In this document: positions 1 to 11,400 of the stretch, piece after piece
Layout of the letters: the number at the start of each line of letters is the position of its first letter
Numbering within the stretch: the stretch's first letter is position 1
Origin: Microcoleus sp.
Lineage (GTDB): Bacteria > Cyanobacteriota > Cyanobacteriia > Cyanobacteriales > Microcoleaceae
DNA length: 64,000 nt
Assembly (NCBI GenBank): GCA_042408215.1
Contig: JAYFMW010000005.1
Span: forward strand, 544,001-608,000
Direction of reading: 5' to 3'
Program-made: the position numbers and the translations under genes
Notes under the pieces: model-generated
The model's input: only the letters and a program-made list of their open reading frames with translations
Told to the model about the DNA's origin: nothing
Databases searched by the model: none

Positions 1-885
1 CCCAAACTATAAGACTTTTATCTCCTAAACCTGAAACCATTTTTGTGCCGTCAGGAGTAATAGCAATTGCTCGGACAAAAGAATTATCAGTTTGAAGAGA
101 AAGAGTGCGTATTAAACTTTCACCTGAAGGCGTTAAGCTGGGTGTTAATGGACGCAGCCAAGCTGAATTATTATATTTTTCTACTTGCTCAATAAATTTA
201 TCTAGTGTAGAAAAGGGTGAGGGTTTAATTTGAAATAACGTTTTTTAATCAAAAACATAAATTGATACCACGCGAATGGATACAAACAAATTAGCTTGAC
301 CACCCAGTTAGTAGCCACTTCAACGAATTTATACCACCAATACAAAAATGGATAAAGGGAGAATCTTGAAGGCAATTTATCGTTAATAAACTGTAATGGT
401 TTAAACAGGATGTTTAATGTTACTTCTCTAGCAAATAACATTAGTGTTTCAACCAATTCTGGTGGTTCTTTGCAAAAAACTATTACTTTTTTCAACAGGA
501 TTTGTGGCAAAGACTTCGTTTCAAATTCAGACTCGTCTACACTCCTGTAAGATATCAAACGCCCAACCAGTTGACTGGGGAGTTGACTGGGATCGTCAGT
601 TAAAACATTGGCCGACATCCTAATCGCACCTTGAATTAATCTCAGGCTATCTACTTGATCCTCAGATAGCAGCAAATTAGAATTTGTTGCTAAGTCGTAA
701 TCCGAAATAAGTGACTGCACTCCTAATTTAGAAACTTTAGCTTCAAGAAAATCTAATTTAGTTAGCGTCTTGTAAAACTTTTCTGTCTTTCCTGCTTCAG
801 CCTGAGAATACGGTAATCTTTTTAGGTAAGACCGTTGCATATCAGGTGTTTTTTTTGCTAATTTTTGGGCAAATTCACTCATCAT
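1..885 (-). pseudogene. Helical-domain + WD40-repeat protein, partner of the adjacent STAND-like ATPase; frameshifted at A6 run 241-246; runs off the window edge
   Basis: ORF 202..906 (likely start MMSEF at 885) continues in the -1 frame as IKKTLFQIKP...AWLRPLTPSLTPSGESLIRTL...VRAIAITPDGTKMVSGLGDKSLIVW, a typical WD40 blade. One extra A in the homopolymer restores the frame. Confidence 0.7.
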
Positions 886-2455
886 CTTCATCCATCTCCT
901 TTTCAAAATAGTCTGAAATTTTTGTATTAATCTCTCGACGAGTTACTGTCAGTTTTTTCTGTTCCAGCTTTTTATCCAAAAACTCTTCGTAACTGAAGTG
1001 ATAGATGCTGTAACAAGTTTGTTCTTCTAACTCTTCCTGATTGAAAAACTCAATCCACTCATCCAACAACTGTTGTACTTTATCTATATCTTCTTCAGAA
1101 ATGTCAGCTATCAACTCACATGAAATTTGTTCCTGCACCTCAAGTAAAATACAGATAATGACAACTTTATAACGCTCCCGTTCGGCATTCATCCCCTTGA
1201 GTTTCCAATGCTCCTCATAGTAATCTTGCAGATCTGTTGGCAATGCTTTTAGAGAGATATCTCTGTAAATACTGTTTTCTCCCTTAGCAATTTCTGACAA
1301 GACACAACGCAAATACATGAAGTTGTTTTTACTCTTTTGTGCTATCTGTTCAATAAATTCTTCCTTGCTCAGATTTCGAGCTTCAATCCACTGACGTAAG
1401 CCATTTCCAAACTCTGGATCGACCAGGAATAACCGAATGTAGTCTTTCACATCTTTTTCGCTCTCTTTCGGATATTTCCATAAATTAAAATAATGTTTGG
1501 GAGCCTCGACTAACAAACGCTCTTCCTCCGGGAGAAAGGGGCGTCGTGTCAGCAGAAAGTAGACATTATCTGGGAGATATCTAGGTAAGTAACAAAGATT
1601 TGTCACCTCTTGTTGGTTCTTTTTTTCAACTTCGTCCAGTGCGTCAACTGCAATTACCAAACGTTCACCAGGTGGAAGCAACTTGCTAACCTTCTGAATT
1701 AACTCATCTAAAAACTCACCATCGTTAATGGCGCGATCTGGCAAGGAATCATAACCCAAGTTGTAACGTTCTATCAGTTGATTGCAAACAGTTCTGAGAA
1801 ATTGCTCTACCTTATTTCTACCACCACTACGAATGATGAAATGACCCACACATTGTTTGTCGGTAATATACTTAGCCAAAATCGTACTTTTGCCGATGCC
1901 CGGTTCGCCTACTATTGTAAAGTAGCCATTGCTATTGGTACTAAAAAAGTTTTCGATCGCATCGAATACAAAGCGACGACCAACAAATCTTTTAAGCTTG
2001 CGATCGATCAGCGATTGAAATTTCGACAACTCCCCTTTGAATTCGGGTTGATCATTTACAAACCTTGGCCAGTCACTAGGATCGACAATGCGGCGCGGAT
2101 CTACACCCAAGGCACTGGCAACGCTCTTGATAGAATCAACACGCACTCGGTTACACTTGAACATTCGCTCAATCGTATCTTTACTAACCCCTGCGACAGT
2201 TATAAGGACTGGTTGAGTCCATTTTTTTGACGCTTTGTCCTTAGCCTGTTCAATTTTCTCAGCATCGTCTAGAGTAACGGAATTCCGATTTTTACGGTGC
2301 TGACCAATAACTTCAGTTTTTACACCTGCCAGTCTTGCCAGGTGTGGATCGGACATTTTATCCACTTCTCTTGCTATATCTTTCATCCTGTTCTTCAGCA
2401 GTTCCACGCCTTCTAGGGTTAACGGCACGTTAATGTTGCTGGATGTTGGACTCAC
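875..2455 (-). CDS. NACHT/AAA_16-like STAND ATPase with N-terminal HTH-like region
   Basis: Walker A GEPGIGKS, Walker B LVIAVDALDE, FVGR motif upstream, YSIYH in the winged-helix region. Its stop overlaps the start of the WD40 gene. Confidence 0.8.
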   Translation of the reverse strand: MSPTSSNINVPLTLEGVELLKNRMKDIAREVDKMSDPHLARLAGVKTEVIGQHRKNRNSVTLDDAEKIEQAKDKASKKWTQPVLITVAGVSKDTIERMFKCNRVRVDSIKSVASALGVDPRRIVDPSDWPRFVNDQPEFKGELSKFQSLIDRKLKRFVGRRFVFDAIENFFSTNSNGYFTIVGEPGIGKSTILAKYITDKQCVGHFIIRSGGRNKVEQFLRTVCNQLIERYNLGYDSLPDRAINDGEFLDELIQKVSKLLPPGERLVIAVDALDEVEKKNQQEVTNLCYLPRYLPDNVYFLLTRRPFLPEEERLLVEAPKHYFNLWKYPKESEKDVKDYIRLFLVDPEFGNGLRQWIEARNLSKEEFIEQIAQKSKNNFMYLRCVLSEIAKGENSIYRDISLKALPTDLQDYYEEHWKLKGMNAERERYKVVIICILLEVQEQISCELIADISEEDIDKVQQLLDEWIEFFNQEELEEQTCYSIYHFSYEEFLDKKLEQKKLTVTRREINTKISDYFEKEMDEDDE

Positions 2456-2627
2456 AGACTGTACTCCAGTTCATACTAAATTCTCTTAAAGATAGCAAAT
2501 TTTTCTCTACTACTCCTGTTTCGGGGTTTCCAAGGCTTTCTCTGTTATTCATGTCTGCTACCGATCGACGCAACTGCGTATTTGTGACTGATACGAGCAG
2601 TTTAGGGCGATCGCTCAAATCGTGGCA

Positions 2628-2680
2628 AGGGGGCAAAAGGGGGCAAAAGGGGCAGAAAAAAGACCCCCCTTTTGCCCTCT
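2628..2680. repeat. GGGGCAAAA-type direct repeats (x3) plus an inverted TTTTGCCC copy in the divergent intergenic region
   Basis: gggggcaaaaggggg gcaaaaggggcagaaaaaagacccccctttgccc, seen directly between the divergent genes. Confidence 0.55.
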
Positions 2681-2734
2681 GTCATATTTTTGTCACCCGT
2701 GTCAGAGTACAGATGTCCCAGCGAGAAAAGAGAA

Positions 2735-3829
2735 ATGCACGAACTAAATCACCCTTATGAAACTTCTGCAAACCCTAACATCTGGCTGAAAAAGAGCAAA
2801 ATATGGTTCAAAAAGTCCAAAGATTTGATCTTGACTGACCCACAAGAGCTCCACGGCTCTAATTACGTTACTGAAGAAGTCACACAAGCTTCGACAGTTA
2901 CAGCAACAGCTATCAACGTCAGCAACACGATTGACGGCGTGAGCATCTTCCCCTTGCTGTTGTACTCCTGCAAAGACATGGGGCTTTTAGGATTCATTTT
3001 CGCCCTTGCCCTTGCTCTTGCTATGACCAAATTTACCAACGGTATGGGCAAAGCAGTTGCCACTCGCAAACCGGGAAACCGAATTTGGTCTGCCTGTGCC
3101 ACCGTGCCGATGTTGGCAATGAACGTCTTGATGTCTGGAACCTCTTTAGTCGCACCTGAATTATCGCTAAACCAGAGTCATTTAGCCGAGTTAAGAGCAA
3201 AAGAATTGGTCGCCGAACAAGAAATTAAGGTTAACGACGTTCAGCCAGATTTAAGAGCAGTTAAAGATGCAGAAGCCAAATGTAAAGAGTTTCAAGAAAA
3301 GGCTGCGACTTATCCTGAAGGCAGCACCGCACGCAATGACTATTTTATCAAAGCTAACGGTTTGTATCAAGAACAAAACCGCGACTGGAAATCGGTGTTG
3401 GCTCAAGAAGGTCAAGCAAAAGTACCCTTCTGCCCTTTAACCAAGCTTTTAACAGAAGATGCTTTCAAAGTCTCTCAAGTCGCTAAAGCTGACTGGGAAA
3501 AGCAAAAAGATCAGATTGTGCGATCGGCTAGCTATGCAGCAGGAGTAAAACAAATCATGCCCGCTCTTTACGAACAGCACTTCGACGCTAACGGCCAGTT
3601 AATTTCTGGGACAGAAGCGACTCGCTTAGCGATACAAAGTACAACTTCAAAAATGATGACAGGAAATTGGAATAGTCTCGGCTTTTCACTTTTCTTTTTC
3701 GCGACATCAGTGATTACTTCTGCGGGGGCTTGCGCCTTGGCGATCGCTCATTCGTATCGTGAAGACATTAAAATTTCTTTTGACGAGTCTCTCCAAATGG
3801 AACTTGATGAATTTTTGGAAGATAGCTAA
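2735..3829 (+). CDS. Hypothetical membrane protein (3-4 hydrophobic segments flanking a soluble helical domain)
   Basis: Long ORF with hydrophobic stretches GLLGFIFALALALAM, ATVPMLAMNVLM and SLGFSLFFFATSVITSAGACALAI. ATG 2735 is preferred over TTG 2672. Confidence 0.7.
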   Translation: MHELNHPYETSANPNIWLKKSKIWFKKSKDLILTDPQELHGSNYVTEEVTQASTVTATAINVSNTIDGVSIFPLLLYSCKDMGLLGFIFALALALAMTKFTNGMGKAVATRKPGNRIWSACATVPMLAMNVLMSGTSLVAPELSLNQSHLAELRAKELVAEQEIKVNDVQPDLRAVKDAEAKCKEFQEKAATYPEGSTARNDYFIKANGLYQEQNRDWKSVLAQEGQAKVPFCPLTKLLTEDAFKVSQVAKADWEKQKDQIVRSASYAAGVKQIMPALYEQHFDANGQLISGTEATRLAIQSTTSKMMTGNWNSLGFSLFFFATSVITSAGACALAIAHSYREDIKISFDESLQMELDEFLEDS

Positions 3830-4609
3830 ATGCAAAGTGTACCCTATTCACCCTTGGGTACACAACCACCAAAGACCCAAAAAACAGTCACTCAACACTC
3901 ACAAGTAATTGTTATGACCGCAAAAAATCCCAACGACATTCAAGCTGAAAATGTGATCGATTTCCGAGGTCATTCCAGAACCGATCCTCAAAACAAGTAC
4001 ATTGATACCAGCAAAGCCGATCAATACCGGAACACTGGTAAATGTGACGATCCAAAATTAAAACAGGTTGTTAAACTTTTCCGTTCTGGTCAAGAAGTGA
4101 TATCCTCACAAAGAGCTGAAAGGTTAACTCAGGCTCTTAATCAGAATGTAGAAATTGTTGAAAAATCAGCCTATTCTTTAGGTGATATGCTCCATTTTTT
4201 AGGGAGCGAACTGCAAAAACATCCAGAGCAGATTCAAGGTGGTAATATCAAAGCGATCGAACAACGGCTTGAGTTAGAGCAAAAAAACCTTGAGCTAGGA
4301 ATTTATCGCCTGTTTAACATTGCCAAAAAACACCCTCAACAAATCATAGGTAAAATCACTGAGGAACAAAAAGCTGATAATCGACGTTATCAAAAGCTAA
4401 TCAATGATATCGATTATATTCGGAGGTTTTTGGTCGAGCAAGCCCATGTATCAGTGGCATTTTTTGAGCAAAGTTCTCATCCTAAAGCTTACCTGCGTCG
4501 TAGCTTAAATTATCTCGATGTTTTGCCAAGATATTGTGGAGAATTAGCCAATCTTACCCGGAGAAATATTTTTGATAAAGTTCCTGGTACGCAATCTGAT
4601 GATTTGTGA
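3830..4609 (+). CDS. Hypothetical helical protein (start may be 3914)
   Basis: 259-aa ORF abutting the upstream gene; no recognisable motif. Confidence 0.6.
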   Translation: MQSVPYSPLGTQPPKTQKTVTQHSQVIVMTAKNPNDIQAENVIDFRGHSRTDPQNKYIDTSKADQYRNTGKCDDPKLKQVVKLFRSGQEVISSQRAERLTQALNQNVEIVEKSAYSLGDMLHFLGSELQKHPEQIQGGNIKAIEQRLELEQKNLELGIYRLFNIAKKHPQQIIGKITEEQKADNRRYQKLINDIDYIRRFLVEQAHVSVAFFEQSSHPKAYLRRSLNYLDVLPRYCGELANLTRRNIFDKVPGTQSDDL

Positions 4610-4726
4610 ATGGAATATTTTCATGCACAAAAATGACCAGATAGAAACCCATTTTTTTAGTGAGACTGGGTTTCTATACTTGGATGGAATTTACATTTTA
4701 CTTACTTACAGAATAGGAGAAAAATC

Positions 4727-5431
4727 ATGTTAAGCAGACTGTTCAAAATGTTCCGCACAATCTCAGGTAATGATACTGCTACCCTTCCCCCTAAGCCTCC
4801 TAAATTCAATAAAATCATGAAAGAGGCAGAATTTCATCAAGAATATAAATTTGGTCGGAGAGATTTTCGTAACTTCATTTTTGAAAATGTCAATTTCCAA
4901 GACATCTATTTGCGTGGAATTGATTTCCGTGGCTCGGATTTTCGGATGGTCAATTTACATGATGGAGTACAATTAAAGGGTGCTGATTTAAGTGGCGTGA
5001 CACTCAGTGGCATGAATTTACAGGGCATAGACCTCAGTAACGCTAATTTATACGAAGCGGTACTTGTCGGAACTGATTTGAGAGGTGCAAATCTCAATGG
5101 GGTAAACTTCGGTAAAGCTAATTTGAGCTATGTCAATTTATACCATGCTTTCTTAGTAGGAGCCGAATTGCCTGATGCTCAATTATACGCTGCTGACTTG
5201 AGCAAAGCCGATCTAAGAGGAGCCAATCTTAGCCGTGCTAATTTGAGTCGAGCGAACTTGACTTGGGCTGACCTTAGCAATACAAATCTGGGTGAAGCTG
5301 ACCTGACAATGGCGAATTTAAGTTACGCTGATTTGGAAGGTTCTAACCCCCAATTTGCTCATACCCTATTCACTACTTTGGAAGGTGTGCGATTACCTGA
5401 AGGTGCTTTTTTTGTCAAGCACAAGGGTTAA
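4727..5431 (+). CDS. Pentapeptide repeat protein
   Basis: A(D/N)LxG-type repeats (ADLSG, ANLSR, ADLRG); AGGAG RBS upstream. Confidence 0.92.
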   Translation: MLSRLFKMFRTISGNDTATLPPKPPKFNKIMKEAEFHQEYKFGRRDFRNFIFENVNFQDIYLRGIDFRGSDFRMVNLHDGVQLKGADLSGVTLSGMNLQGIDLSNANLYEAVLVGTDLRGANLNGVNFGKANLSYVNLYHAFLVGAELPDAQLYAADLSKADLRGANLSRANLSRANLTWADLSNTNLGEADLTMANLSYADLEGSNPQFAHTLFTTLEGVRLPEGAFFVKHKG

Positions 5432-5621
5432 GGTTCGGTTAATCTCAATTGTACGGTCAAGTTTGATGAATTTTTTGTGGGTGGGCCAGAAATCCCGCCC
5501 CTAAAATACAATTTTTGTCTATCATCAAACTGTGACAAACTGACATTCGTGACTGCCGTACACTACATTCCTTGCCCAACTTACTCCTCTCTTCCTCCGC
5601 GCCCTCTGCGTCCTCTGCGGT

Positions 5622-6182
5622 AAATCAAAAAATTAGTGATTTTGAATACAATTTCCAACTCAACAGTCGATCGCACCTCTCAATTTTGTCTGGGGATCTA
5701 AAGTTCACCTAAAGTTCCATGCCCGATCGCAAAACCCTCCCTAAGATAGAAGTTGCAGGACGATCGGTCTCATCGCCGATTCAGCAACACCTGAAAAATC
5801 CCAAACGAGGGAGCCACAAGACAGGGAGGACATCAAAATCATGGTAAACGCGCCGACAGGGGAAACCCGCCTAGGCCCGATCGCTCAGGTGCAAGCCTTA
5901 GACCGCGATTGCACGACTCTATCCCGTCACGTACTCCAGCAACTCCAAAGCTTTTCAGCAGATGCTCAGGATCTGAGCGCGCTGATGAATCGGATCGGAC
6001 TAGCAGCCAAGCTGATCGCCAGGCGACTTAGCAGAGCCGGGTTAATGGAAGATGCTTTAGGGTTTACAGGGGCTGTAAACGTGCAGGGAGAATCCGTCAA
6101 ACATATGGATATCTATGCCAATGAAGTGTTTATCTCCGTATTTCAGCAAAGTGGACTTGTCTGCCACTTGGCTTCGGAGGAA
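5622..6182 (+). repeat. Direct repeat copy A of the fbp upstream region plus the first ~114 fbp codons (matches 16690-17251)
   Basis: Near base-for-base identity to 16690-17251, ending at gcttcggaggaa; only a few substitutions. Confidence 0.95.
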
Positions 6183-6512
6183 GAGGTATATAAAACAGAA
6201 CCTTGGATGATCCCTCTTGCCAAGAGTTTCAAATTACCGGTGATTCATCAAGACCAGGTAATTGAATTGCCAAAGGATGCGACGGCGATCGCGGGCAATC
6301 CCTTTTGCCCTTATAGTGTCGTCACATATGGCGGATCTGTCTTGACTTTTCAGGGACATCCAGAGCATAAAAAGACCTATACGCAGGCGTTAATGCTGCG
6401 CCGGAAAGATGTCATGGAAGAAACGGTGTTCTCCGCAGGTTTGCGTTCACTGGATGACGACCCCGACGCCCAACTGGTCGCAAAATGGGTCGTCAATTTC
6501 CTTGAGGAATGA
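5841..6512 (+). CDS. Chimeric ORF: FBPase N-terminus fused in frame to the C-terminal half of a class I glutamine amidotransferase
   Basis: Residues 1-114 match fbp except R->H. The remainder has HQDQV...LP..A and FQGHPE motifs of type-1 GATases but lacks the nucleophile-Cys segment. Confidence 0.8.
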   Translation: MVNAPTGETRLGPIAQVQALDRDCTTLSRHVLQQLQSFSADAQDLSALMNRIGLAAKLIARRLSRAGLMEDALGFTGAVNVQGESVKHMDIYANEVFISVFQQSGLVCHLASEEEVYKTEPWMIPLAKSFKLPVIHQDQVIELPKDATAIAGNPFCPYSVVTYGGSVLTFQGHPEHKKTYTQALMLRRKDVMEETVFSAGLRSLDDDPDAQLVAKWVVNFLEE

Positions 6513-7483
6513 AACGAAAAATCTTAAATGGGAGAGGGGGTATATTGAGTCAAGCACAGCCTAAGTCTCTGGTTTCAATGGGTTATTTTTGGGCATTAGT
6601 TGCCACTGTCATTTGGGCTGGTAACTTTATTGTTGCGAGAAGTTTTAATCAGGATATCCTACCAGTGGGTCTAGCTTTTTGGCGATGGACGATTGCCGTT
6701 GTGACCTTGACACCATTTGCCGTGAGGGTGACAGTCGAAGACTGGAAACTGGTTCAAAAACATCTCCCCTACTTGGCCGTATCGGCGTTGTCAGGAGTGA
6801 CTGTTTTTAACACCTTGATCTACATTGCGGGTCACACAACGCAGGCGATGAACCTGGCTTTAATCGCCACTTCTTCCCCCATTTTTATCGTACTCATGTC
6901 TCGTCTCTTTTATGGCGAACCGATCTCTTTAACTCGTGCTGCGGGGATCGTGGTGGTGGTACTCGGTGTTGTATTGTTGATCGCGGGAGGCTCATTAGAG
7001 AAGCTGTTGAGTATTTCTTTCGCAATTGGCGATCTGTATATGTTGTTAGCAGCTATAATCTTCGCTGGCTACGCTATGCTAGTAAACCACAAGCCAGCCA
7101 CCATGAGAATGAAAACTTTCGCCTTATGTACTTTTAGCTTAGGGCTATTATTCTTAACGCCTTTCTATGTGCTGGAATGTTTGATTTATCACCCTGTTGT
7201 TTTCAATCCTTCGATATTGCTTGCTTTACTCTACGTTGGAATTTTATCCTCAGTGGTGGCGTTTCTTGCATGGAATCAGGCAATTATCCTAATCGGTCCT
7301 TCCCGCGCAGCTTTAATGTATTACCTAGTTCCGGTCTTCAGTGGCATTGCTGCGTGGCTTTTTTTAGGTGAACCAATCAGATTAGTGCATATCTTCAGTA
7401 TGTTGCTCATCGTCTGCGGTATTTTTATTACTAACCGCACGGAACTTGGCGTTGCAAAAAGAAGAGCCAGAAAGAAGAAATAA
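6509..7483 (+). CDS. EamA/DMT family transporter
   Basis: About 10 TM segments; [22 protein letters not shown] and YLVPVF motifs; ATGA overlap with the upstream ORF. Confidence 0.9.
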   Translation: MKRKILNGRGGILSQAQPKSLVSMGYFWALVATVIWAGNFIVARSFNQDILPVGLAFWRWTIAVVTLTPFAVRVTVEDWKLVQKHLPYLAVSALSGVTVFNTLIYIAGHTTQAMNLALIATSSPIFIVLMSRLFYGEPISLTRAAGIVVVVLGVVLLIAGGSLEKLLSISFAIGDLYMLLAAIIFAGYAMLVNHKPATMRMKTFALCTFSLGLLFLTPFYVLECLIYHPVVFNPSILLALLYVGILSSVVAFLAWNQAIILIGPSRAALMYYLVPVFSGIAAWLFLGEPIRLVHIFSMLLIVCGIFITNRTELGVAKRRARKKK

Positions 7484-7517
7484 ATTAGTTGGGGAGATCG
7501 GATAGTAAATGCTTTCT

Positions 7518-7680
7518 ATAAATAAAAAGAATAGTGATTTTGAATACAATTCCCGACTAAACGCTCGATCGCACTCCTCAATTTTGTGTGCAGATCTAAA
7601 ATTCCCCTAAAGTTCTCGCGGGCGATCGCAAAACCCTCCCTAAGATAGAAGTTGCAGGACGATCGGTCTCATCGCTGATT
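7518..7680 (+). repeat. Diverged third copy (B) of the fbp upstream region
   Basis: Aligns with 16690-16850; gatcgcaaaaccctccctaagatagaagttgcaggacgatcggtctcatcgc is identical. Confidence 0.9.
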
Positions 7681-7893
7681 CGGGGATATGAAGCGGTGCA
7701 AGAAGCAGCCGTAAATGCTGGGGCTTGTGGAATGGTAATTAGCGGTGCGGGGCCGACGCTTTTGGCTTTAACGGATGCTACTAATGCTGTTGCGGTTGTG
7801 AGGGAAATGGCGGCTGCTTGGGGGGATTTTGGGGTGAAGGCTGATGTAAGGGCGATCGGGCTTGATACTCAAGGCGCGCAAGTCTCCAGTTAG
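7675..7893 (+). pseudogene. thrB: Homoserine kinase C-terminal fragment
   Basis: LIRGYEAVQEAAVNAGACGMVISGAGPTLLAL...LDTQGA is a ThrB C-terminus (ISGAGPT motif). The 5' part is absent and replaced by fbp-promoter copy B. Confidence 0.8.
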
Positions 7894-8469
7894 TTGAGTT
7901 CGCTTGACAAAAAATCTAATTTGTGGTAATCGAGCGGGTTTTCTGACATCTTTGGCAGGAAAAGGCGATTTGCGATGCTTGGCGATCGGGATAGATCCGC
8001 TTCACGAACCCTTTAATGAATGTTGCGATCGGTTTTTTCGTAATTTTGCGAACAAATTAAGTTACTTTTTATACAAAGAACAGGCAAATTAGTTTGGCGA
8101 TCCCAGTCCAAAACTCTCACTCATACCAAAATTCGTAGTCTGATATTTCAGGGTACGGAAGTAAGTTAAAGCTTCGATCAAGTTTACTTCAAGATGGCAA
8201 AAACCGCTTGCGATCGATAAAAGTTATTGATATTCTGAAATCTATCGGTTAACAACAGCAATAAAAAAACCAACTTATTGCCATCACATCAAATTTTTGT
8301 CAGCCGTGCTGGCAGGTTTTCACCTGTGGATATCGCATCTTGCATCCGCAAGGTAAAACCCAAACCTCCAGCGTGGTATAGACTCGCTTTGCTTGCGAAA
8401 TTTTCAAAATCTACATCCTCAAATTCTGCATCTTTTGGTCACTTTTATTGTCAATAAAGGACTTAAATC

Positions 8470-11400
8470 ATGTTACGAATCGAAGCATCTACTCCCCAAC
8501 CAACCGCCAACACTTCCATCATCTCCGACATTACAGAAGACTTGCAAGTAGGAAATTATACCAGCAATCATTCTTCCCCCTCCGCCCCGAAAAATCTTCT
8601 AACAACTAACGAAATATCATCCACATCCAGCATTGAACTATTACGATCGAACAACAAAATCCTCGATCGAAGCCCAGAAAACCCTCCCCGACAAGCAGAC
8701 ATAGACGCCTTCATACTCAACAAAAATCCAACACAAACAATCAACAGCATCGCCGAAAAACCGCAAACATCCACCTCCAAAACCGACATAATAACAGGCG
8801 ATACAGCCCAGCCAGCAACTCACAATAACATCCCTTTCGACTCCGGCATTTTCCAAGGAAATCAAACAGGTAAAATTAGCTTCGCATACCTATCAGAATT
8901 GCGTACATCAGAGAAAGACAAAGAATTGATAGCTGAGGCTACACCGAAAACCGAGACTAAATTAGCACAAAAAAAAGCAGATACTACTTCTACAACAAAT
9001 CCTGTTGAAACACAACTGGAAAATTCCCCAGCAACAGAAACCAAAAACTCGACTGTTTCCGAAATTCCTAATTCTGCGAGAAATCCTGTCGATCCAAAAC
9101 TGGAAAATTCCCCAGCGACAGAAACTCAAAACCCGAAAGTTTCCGAAATTTCCAATTCCTCGACAACTCCTGCTGATCCAAAAACCGAAAATTCCCCAGC
9201 GACAGAAACCAAAAACTCGACTGTTTCCGAAATTCCCAATTCTGCGAGAAATCCTGTCGATCCAAAACTGGAAAAATCTCCCGTAGTTGAAGCCAAAAAT
9301 CCCGCAATTTCCGAAATTCGCAATTCTGCGACAAATTCTGCTGAAACAAAACCGGAAAATTCCCCAGCGACAGAAACCAAAAACTCGACTGTTTCCGAAA
9401 TTCCCAATTCCTCGACAACTCCTGCTGATCCAAAAACCGAAAATTCCCCAGCGACAGAAACCAAAAACTCGACTGTTTCCGAAATTCCCAATTCTGCGAC
9501 AAATTCTGCTGAAACAAAACCGGAAAATTCCCCAGCGACAGAAACCAAAAACTCGACTGTTTCCGAAATTTCCAATTCCTCGACAACTCCTGCTGATCCA
9601 AAAACCGAAAACTCCCCAGCGACAGAAACCAAAAACTCGACTGTTTCCGAAATTCCCAATTCTGCGACAAATTCTGCTGAAACAAAACCGGAAAATTCCC
9701 CAGCGACAGAAACCAAAAACTCGACTGTTTCCGAAATTTCCAATTCCTCGACAACTCCTGCTGATCCAAAAACCGAAAACTCCCCAGCGATAGAAACTCA
9801 AAACCCGAAAGTTTCCGAAATTCCCAATTCTGCGAGAAATCCTGTCGATCCAAAACTGGAAAAATCTCCCGTAGTTGAAGCCAAAAATCCCGCAATTTCC
9901 GAAATTCCCAATTCTGCGACAACTCCTGCTGATCCAAAAACCGAAAATTCCCCAGCGACAGAAACCAAAAACTCGACTGTTTCCGAAATTCCCAATTCTG
10001 CGACAACTCCTGCTGATCCAAAAACCGAAAATTCCCCAGCGACAGAAACCAAAAACTCGACTGTTTCCGAAATTCCCAATTCTGCGACAACTCCTGCTGA
10101 TCCAAAAACCGAAAATTCCCCAGCGACAGAAACCAAAAACTCGACTGTTTCCGAAATTCCCAATTCTGCGAGAAATCCTGTCGATCCAAAACTGGAAAAA
10201 TCTCCCGTAGTTGAAGCCAAAAATCCCGCAATTTCCGAAATTCCCAATTCTGCGAGAAATCCTGTCGATCCAAAACTGGAAAATTCCCCAGCGACAGAAA
10301 CCAAAAACTCGACTGTTTCCGAAATTCCCAATTCTGCGACAACTCCTGCTGATCCAAAACTGGAAAAATCTCCCGTAGTTGAAGCCAAAAATCCTACAAT
10401 TTCCGAAATTCGCAATTCTGCGACAAATTCTGCTGAAACAAAACCGGAAAATTCCCCAGCGACAGAAACTCAAAACCCGAAAGTTTCCGAAATTCCCAAT
10501 TCTGCGACAAATCCTGTCGATCCAAAACTGGAAAATTCCCCAGCGACAGAAACCAAAAACTCGACTGTTTCCGAAATTCCCAATTCTGCGACAACTCCTG
10601 CTGATCCAAAACTGGAAAAATCTCCCGTAGTTGAAGCCAAAAATCCTACAATTTCCGAAATTCGCAATTCTGCGACAAATTCTGCTGAAACAAAACCGGA
10701 AAATTCCCCAGCGACAGAAACTCAAAACCCGAAAGTTTCCGAAATTCCCAATTCTGCGACAACTCCTGTCGATCCAAAACTGGAAAAATCTCCCGTAGTT
10801 GAAGCCAAAAATCCCGCAATTTCCGAAATTCCCAATTCTGCGACAACTCCTGCTGATCCAAAAACCGAAAATTCCCCAGCGACAGAAACCAAAAACTCGA
10901 CTGTTTCCGAAATTCCCAATTCTGCGACAACTCCTGCTGATCCAAAAACCGAAAATTCCCCAGCGACAGAAACCAAAAACTCGACTGTTTCCGAAATTCC
11001 CAATTCTGCGACAACTCCTGTCGATCCAAAACTGGAAAATTCCCCAGCGACAGAAACCAAAAACTCGACTGTTTCCGAAATTCCTAATTCTGCGAGAAAT
11101 CCTGTCGATCCAAAACTGGAAAAATCTCCCGTAGTTGAAGCCAAAAATCCTACAATTTCCGAAATTCCCAATTCTGCGACAAATTCTGCTGAAACAAAAA
11201 CCGAAAATTCCCCAGCGACAGAAACCAAAAACTCGACTGTTTCCGAAATTCGCAATTCTGCGACAAATTCTGCTGAAACAAAAACCGAAAATTCCCCAGC
11301 GACAGAAACCAAAAACTCGACTGTTTCCGAAATTCCCAATTCTGCGACAACTCCTGTCGATCCAAAACTGGAAAATTCCCCAGCGACAGAAACCAAAAAC

